DNA of 64,000 nucleotides from Desulfobaccales bacterium (lineage in GTDB: Bacteria; Desulfobacterota; Desulfobaccia; Desulfobaccales; 0-14-0-80-60-11): the NCBI GenBank assembly GCA_037481655.1, contig JBBFLF010000001.1, forward strand, positions 48,365 to 112,364. Direction: 5' to 3'. The position numbers and the translations under genes were made by a program. The notes beneath the pieces are model-generated. The model had not been told where the DNA came from and did no database searches. It was given only the letters and a program-made list of their open reading frames with translations. This document shows positions 60,502-64,000 of this stretch, piece by piece; the first letter of the stretch is position 1; each line of letters begins with the position of its first letter.

Positions 60502-61878
60502 ATGAAGACCGTGCTCATCATCGCCGGCTCGGACCCCGGCGCTGGCGCCGGCCTGCAGCAGGACCTGAAGACCGCCACGCTTTTAGGCACCTACGGCCTC
60601 ACCGTGGCCACGGCGCTTACCGTCCAAAACACCCAGGGGGTGCAGGCGGTGCACCAGGTGCCCCCGGAGGTGGTGGCGGCGCAACTCAAGGCGCTGCTGG
60701 ACGACTTCCCCGTCCAGGCCGTCAAAATCGGCATGTTGGCCACCGCCGCCACGGTGACGGCAGTGGCAACCATGCTGCGGCCATGGCTGGAGGGCCTTTG
60801 GCCTTCTCCCCCCGTCATCCTCGACCCGGTGCTGGCCGCCGGACAGGGCGGGGAGCTCCTGGAGCCCGCCGGGGTGGAGGCCATGGTGGCGGAGCTCTTC
60901 CCCCTTGCCACCATCCTCACACCCAACGTCCCCGAGGCGGCCCGGCTCACCGGCATGGACATTGACACGCCGGCGCACCTGGAGGAGGCGGCCCGGCGGC
61001 TTCAGGCCCTGGGCCCCACCTGGGTCCTGGCCACCGGCGGGCATCTTCCCGGCGAGCCGGTGGATGTCCTCACCGACGGCAAAAACGCCTGGCATCTCCC
61101 AGGGAAAAGACTGGCTGCGCCCCACCACCACGGCTCCGGGTGCCTGCTGGCCACCGCCCTGGCGGCCCACCTGGCAAAGGAACTGTCCATCCCCGAGGCG
61201 GTGAACCGGGCCCGGGAGCTGGTGGCCGAGGCCCTGGCCCACGGCCTCCCTCTGGGACACGGCGTAGGGCCGGTGAACCCCTACGCCCCCTTCGCCCGGG
61301 AGGCGGCCCGCTTTGAGGTGCTCCAGACCCTGGCCGAAGCCGGGGCGCATCTCGTGCAGGAGGACATCTCCCCCCTCATCCCCGAAGTGATGAGCAACCT
61401 GGCCTACGCCCTCCCCTACGCCCGGGGGCCTGAGGATGTGGCCGCCTTTCCCGGACGCATCCTCAAAACCCCCACAGGCACCCATATCCCTTTGCCCCCC
61501 CAGTTCGGGGCCTCCCGGCACCTCGCAGCCATTGTCCTCACCGCCACGGCCCGCCGACCCCACCTCCGGGCCGCCCTCAACCTGAAACTCATCCCCGGCA
61601 TTGCGGAGCTGGCACCCCTGCTCCACTTCAAGGCCGCCTCTTTCGACCGAACCCTCGAACCCCCGGAAGTCAAGGCCCGGGAAGGCAGCACCCTGGCCTG
61701 GGGAGTGGCCTCCGTGCTGGACACCCTCGAGCCCTGGGAACCCCCGCCGGACCTCATCTACGACCACGGCGAGGTGGGCAAAGAACCCATGCTCCGAATT
61801 TTGGGGGAAACGCCCATGCAGGTGGCGGAAAAAGCCCTGGCCCTGAAACAGGCCCTCCGCATCCAGGGACGGGTGTGA
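60502..61878 (+). CDS. thiDN: Bifunctional ThiD (HMP/HMP-P kinase) fused to a ThiN-type thiamine-phosphate synthase domain
   Basis: IAGSDPGAGAGLQQDLKT...VKIGML (ThiD). The C-terminal ~190 aa carries PEVMSNLAYA...FPGRI...FGASRH...FDR..EP...GEVGKEPM, the ThiN pattern. Confidence 0.8.
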   Translation: MKTVLIIAGSDPGAGAGLQQDLKTATLLGTYGLTVATALTVQNTQGVQAVHQVPPEVVAAQLKALLDDFPVQAVKIGMLATAATVTAVATMLRPWLEGLWPSPPVILDPVLAAGQGGELLEPAGVEAMVAELFPLATILTPNVPEAARLTGMDIDTPAHLEEAARRLQALGPTWVLATGGHLPGEPVDVLTDGKNAWHLPGKRLAAPHHHGSGCLLATALAAHLAKELSIPEAVNRARELVAEALAHGLPLGHGVGPVNPYAPFAREAARFEVLQTLAEAGAHLVQEDISPLIPEVMSNLAYALPYARGPEDVAAFPGRILKTPTGTHIPLPPQFGASRHLAAIVLTATARRPHLRAALNLKLIPGIAELAPLLHFKAASFDRTLEPPEVKAREGSTLAWGVASVLDTLEPWEPPPDLIYDHGEVGKEPMLRILGETPMQVAEKALALKQALRIQGRV

Positions 61879-61887
61879 GGTGAGGTA

Positions 61888-62024
61888 TTTGGGAGAGGGG
61901 GCCAGGGGGCAGTGGCCCCCTGCCCCCTCTCCCAAGCCCTCTCCCCCAACCCCATCTAGGGGGTTGGGTGGGGAGTGTGAGGGGAGGGCGGGGGAGCCAC
62001 CGCTCCCCCGGCCCTCCCCTCACA
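61888..62024. repeat. GC-rich composite element, full 3-module copy between convergent thiDN and ppdK
   Basis: TTTGGGAGAGGGGGCCAGGGGgcagtggCCCCCTGCCCCCTCTCCCAA; CTCCCCCAACCCCatctaGGGGGTTGGGTGGGGAG; TGAGGGGAGGGCGGGGGAGCcaccGCTCCCCCGGCCCTCCCCTCA. Confidence 0.9.
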
Positions 62025-62031
62025 GCTGACA

Positions 62032-64000
62032 TCAGAGCTGCCGTTCCTTGAGGACGCCCAGGCCTTTGGCCTCTTTGATGGCGGCGTGGGCGGCGGCCAT
62101 GCGGGCGATGGGGATGCGCATGGGGGAGCAGGAGACGTAGTTCAGGCCGATGCGGTGGCAGAACTCGATGGCCTGGGGTTGGCCGCCGTGTTCGCCGCAG
62201 ATGCCGATCTTCAGATCCGGCCGGGTCTGGCGGCCTTCGGTGACGGCGATCTGCATGAGTCTGCCCACGCCCAGCTCGTCCAGGATTTCGAAGGGGTTGT
62301 GCAGGAGGATGCCCTCGGTGTTGTAGATGGGGAGGAATTTGTTTTCCGCGTCCTCCCGGGAGAAGGAGAAGGTCCCCTGGGTGAGGTCGTTGGTGCCGAA
62401 GGAGAAGAATTCGGCCACGGTGGCGATGCGGGCGGCCCGGAGGCAGGCCCGGGCGATCTCGATCATGGTGCCGAACTTGTATTTGATCTTGACGTTATAG
62501 CGTTTCTCCACTTCCTGGTGGATGGCTTCCACCCGGGGTTTGACCCAGACCAGCTCCTGGACGGTGCAGACGTTGGGCACCATGATCTCCGGGCGGACGT
62601 CGATCTTTTCCCGGAGGGCCAGGGCGGTGGCCTCAAAGATGGCCTGGATCTGCATGTCGTAGATCTCCGGGAAGGAGATGCCGCAGCGCACGCCCCGGTT
62701 GCCCAGCATGGGGTTGTATTCGTGCAGCACCCGAACCCGGCGGAGGAGCTTCTCCTTTTCCTCCAGGAGCTTCTGGTCCAGCCGTTTGGCCCGGAATTCG
62801 GCGAATTCCCGGGTCATGGACTCGAGGCTGGGGATCTGTTTGGTGACCTCCGGGTCCAGCATGGCGATGCCGCCGGGGATCTGGTCCAGGCCGGACATGA
62901 TGCGGGTGAATTCCCGGAGGCGGTTGAGGTCGCTCACCAGCTCCTCCAGGGTGGGGAGGAATTCATGCAGGGGCGGGTCCAATAGCCGGATGGTGACGGG
63001 AAGCCCGTCCATGGCCCGGAAGATTTCCAGGAAATCTTGGCGCTGCATGGGCAGGAGCTTGTCGGCCCAGCGTTTGCGTTCCTGGGGGGTGTCGGCCAGG
63101 ATCATGTTGCGCATCAGGGGCAGACGGTCCGCCTCATTGAACATGCGCTCGGTGCGGCACAGGCCGATGCCTTTGGCGCCGTGGCTCCGGGCCTTGATGG
63201 CCATGTCCGGGGTGTCGGCGTTGGCCCAGACTTCCAGGCGGGCGTGGCGGTCGGCCCACTCCATCAGGGTCTTCAGGTCCTTGGGGAGCTCCGGGTCCAG
63301 CATGGGCACGGCGCCCAGGTAGAGCTTGCCGGCGGTGCCGTCAATGGTGACGATATCCCCTTCCCGGATGACCACGTTGCCCACCCGGGCTTCCCTCAGT
63401 TCATAATTGATGTCCAGGCCCTCGACGCCGGAGACGCAGGGTTTGCCCATGCCCCGGGCCACCACGGCGGCGTGGGAGGTCTTGCCGCCCCGGCTGGTGA
63501 GGATGCCCTGGGCGGCGAAGAAGCCGTGAATGTCCTCGGGTTTGGTCTCCACCCGGGTGAGGATGACCTTCTCCCCCTGGTGGCCCAGCGCTTCCGCCCG
63601 GTCGGCATCGAAGATGACTTTGCCGGTGGCCGCGCCCGGGGAGGCGGGGATGCCCACCGCCAGAGGCTCCTGCTTGAAGGAGGGGTCGATGCGGCGGTGC
63701 AGGAACTGCTCCAGCATGTCCGGGTCGATGCGCAAGAGGGCCTCCTCCTCGGTGATGAGGCCTTCCTTCACCATGTCCACCGAGGTTTTGCACAACGCCC
63801 AGGCGTTCATCTTGGCGTTGCGGGTCTGGAGCATGTAGAGCTTGCCCCGCTCGATGGTGAACTCAAAGTCCTGCACCTCCCGGTAGTGCTTCTCCAGAAT
63901 GGTGCGCATCTTCTCCAGTTCCCGGTAGATTTCCGGCATGTCGGTGCGCAGCTCCCGGATGGGCCGGGGAGTGCGGATGCCGGCCACCACGTCCTCACCC
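62032..64000 (-). CDS. ppdK: Pyruvate, phosphate dikinase (C-terminal ~650 aa; N-terminus lies beyond the right edge)
   Basis: GGKTSHAAVVARGMGKPCVSG phosphohistidine motif, RTERMF, FFSFGTNDLTQ, CGEHGG PEP/pyruvate-domain motifs. The reading frame is open to the window end. Confidence 0.95.
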   Translation of the reverse strand, partial: GEDVVAGIRTPRPIRELRTDMPEIYRELEKMRTILEKHYREVQDFEFTIERGKLYMLQTRNAKMNAWALCKTSVDMVKEGLITEEEALLRIDPDMLEQFLHRRIDPSFKQEPLAVGIPASPGAATGKVIFDADRAEALGHQGEKVILTRVETKPEDIHGFFAAQGILTSRGGKTSHAAVVARGMGKPCVSGVEGLDINYELREARVGNVVIREGDIVTIDGTAGKLYLGAVPMLDPELPKDLKTLMEWADRHARLEVWANADTPDMAIKARSHGAKGIGLCRTERMFNEADRLPLMRNMILADTPQERKRWADKLLPMQRQDFLEIFRAMDGLPVTIRLLDPPLHEFLPTLEELVSDLNRLREFTRIMSGLDQIPGGIAMLDPEVTKQIPSLESMTREFAEFRAKRLDQKLLEEKEKLLRRVRVLHEYNPMLGNRGVRCGISFPEIYDMQIQAIFEATALALREKIDVRPEIMVPNVCTVQELVWVKPRVEAIHQEVEKRYNVKIKYKFGTMIEIARACLRAARIATVAEFFSFGTNDLTQGTFSFSREDAENKFLPIYNTEGILLHNPFEILDELGVGRLMQIAVTEGRQTRPDLKIGICGEHGGQPQAIEFCHRIGLNYVSCSPMRIPIARMAAAHAAIKEAKGLGVLKERQL

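Noticed and set aside
2605-62024. Whether the recurring GC-rich repeats could be a CRISPR array or arrays.
   Set aside because: Copies are scattered singly across 60 kb rather than regularly spaced with unique spacers. Each unit is a set of three different hairpins of about 45 nt each, and no cas genes are present.

Overview
A 64 kb, high-GC (roughly two-thirds G+C) bacterial chromosomal segment. Gene content suggests a Gram-negative, sigma-54-using, hydrogen-oxidising anaerobe of the Deltaproteobacteria/Thermodesulfobacteriota type; this is inference only. All family calls come from hand-read motifs, with no database search.

About 55 genes are mostly housekeeping:
- Biosynthesis and cell wall: purF, purE, carB, alr, murB, folC, birA, thiDN, and ppdK (partial).
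- DNA, wall turnover and small-molecule housekeeping: polX, mltB, tatD, yggS.
- Energy: a complete Hyb-type [NiFe] hydrogenase operon (hybO-A-B-C-D).
- Transport: KtrAB potassium uptake and an ArsB/NhaD-type permease.
- Regulation and stress: a histidine kinase/response regulator pair, several universal stress proteins and a flavodiiron protein.
- One tRNA-Val(CAC).

Observations worth a second look:
1. A family of GC-rich three-hairpin intergenic elements at 9 or more loci. Arm changes between copies are compensatory.
2. A perfect 288-bp tandem duplication covering the 3' end of a DUF3124 gene plus one of these elements.
3. An ORF-poor, AT-rich stretch of about 0.9 kb (31.5-32.4 kb). It lies between a tRNA-Val-proximal multicopper-oxidase operon and the DUF3124 gene.
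4. A tripartite toxin-antitoxin-chaperone (TAC) locus: Gp49/HigB-like toxin, XRE antitoxin with a C-terminal tail, and a SecB-like chaperone.
5. A sigma-54 activator with no sensory domain, translationally coupled to a Rossmann/Cys-rich protein and a DUF1614 membrane protein.
6. A tight operon of mgtC, a lone 2-hydroxyacyl-CoA-dehydratase-like subunit, an activase, an APH-like kinase and ThiDN.
7. A J-domain::ParA/MinD fusion whose Walker-A lysine is replaced.
8. A relic second copy of the chelatase gene's 3' end at the left edge.

No CRISPR array, rRNA, integrase or transposase was recognised.
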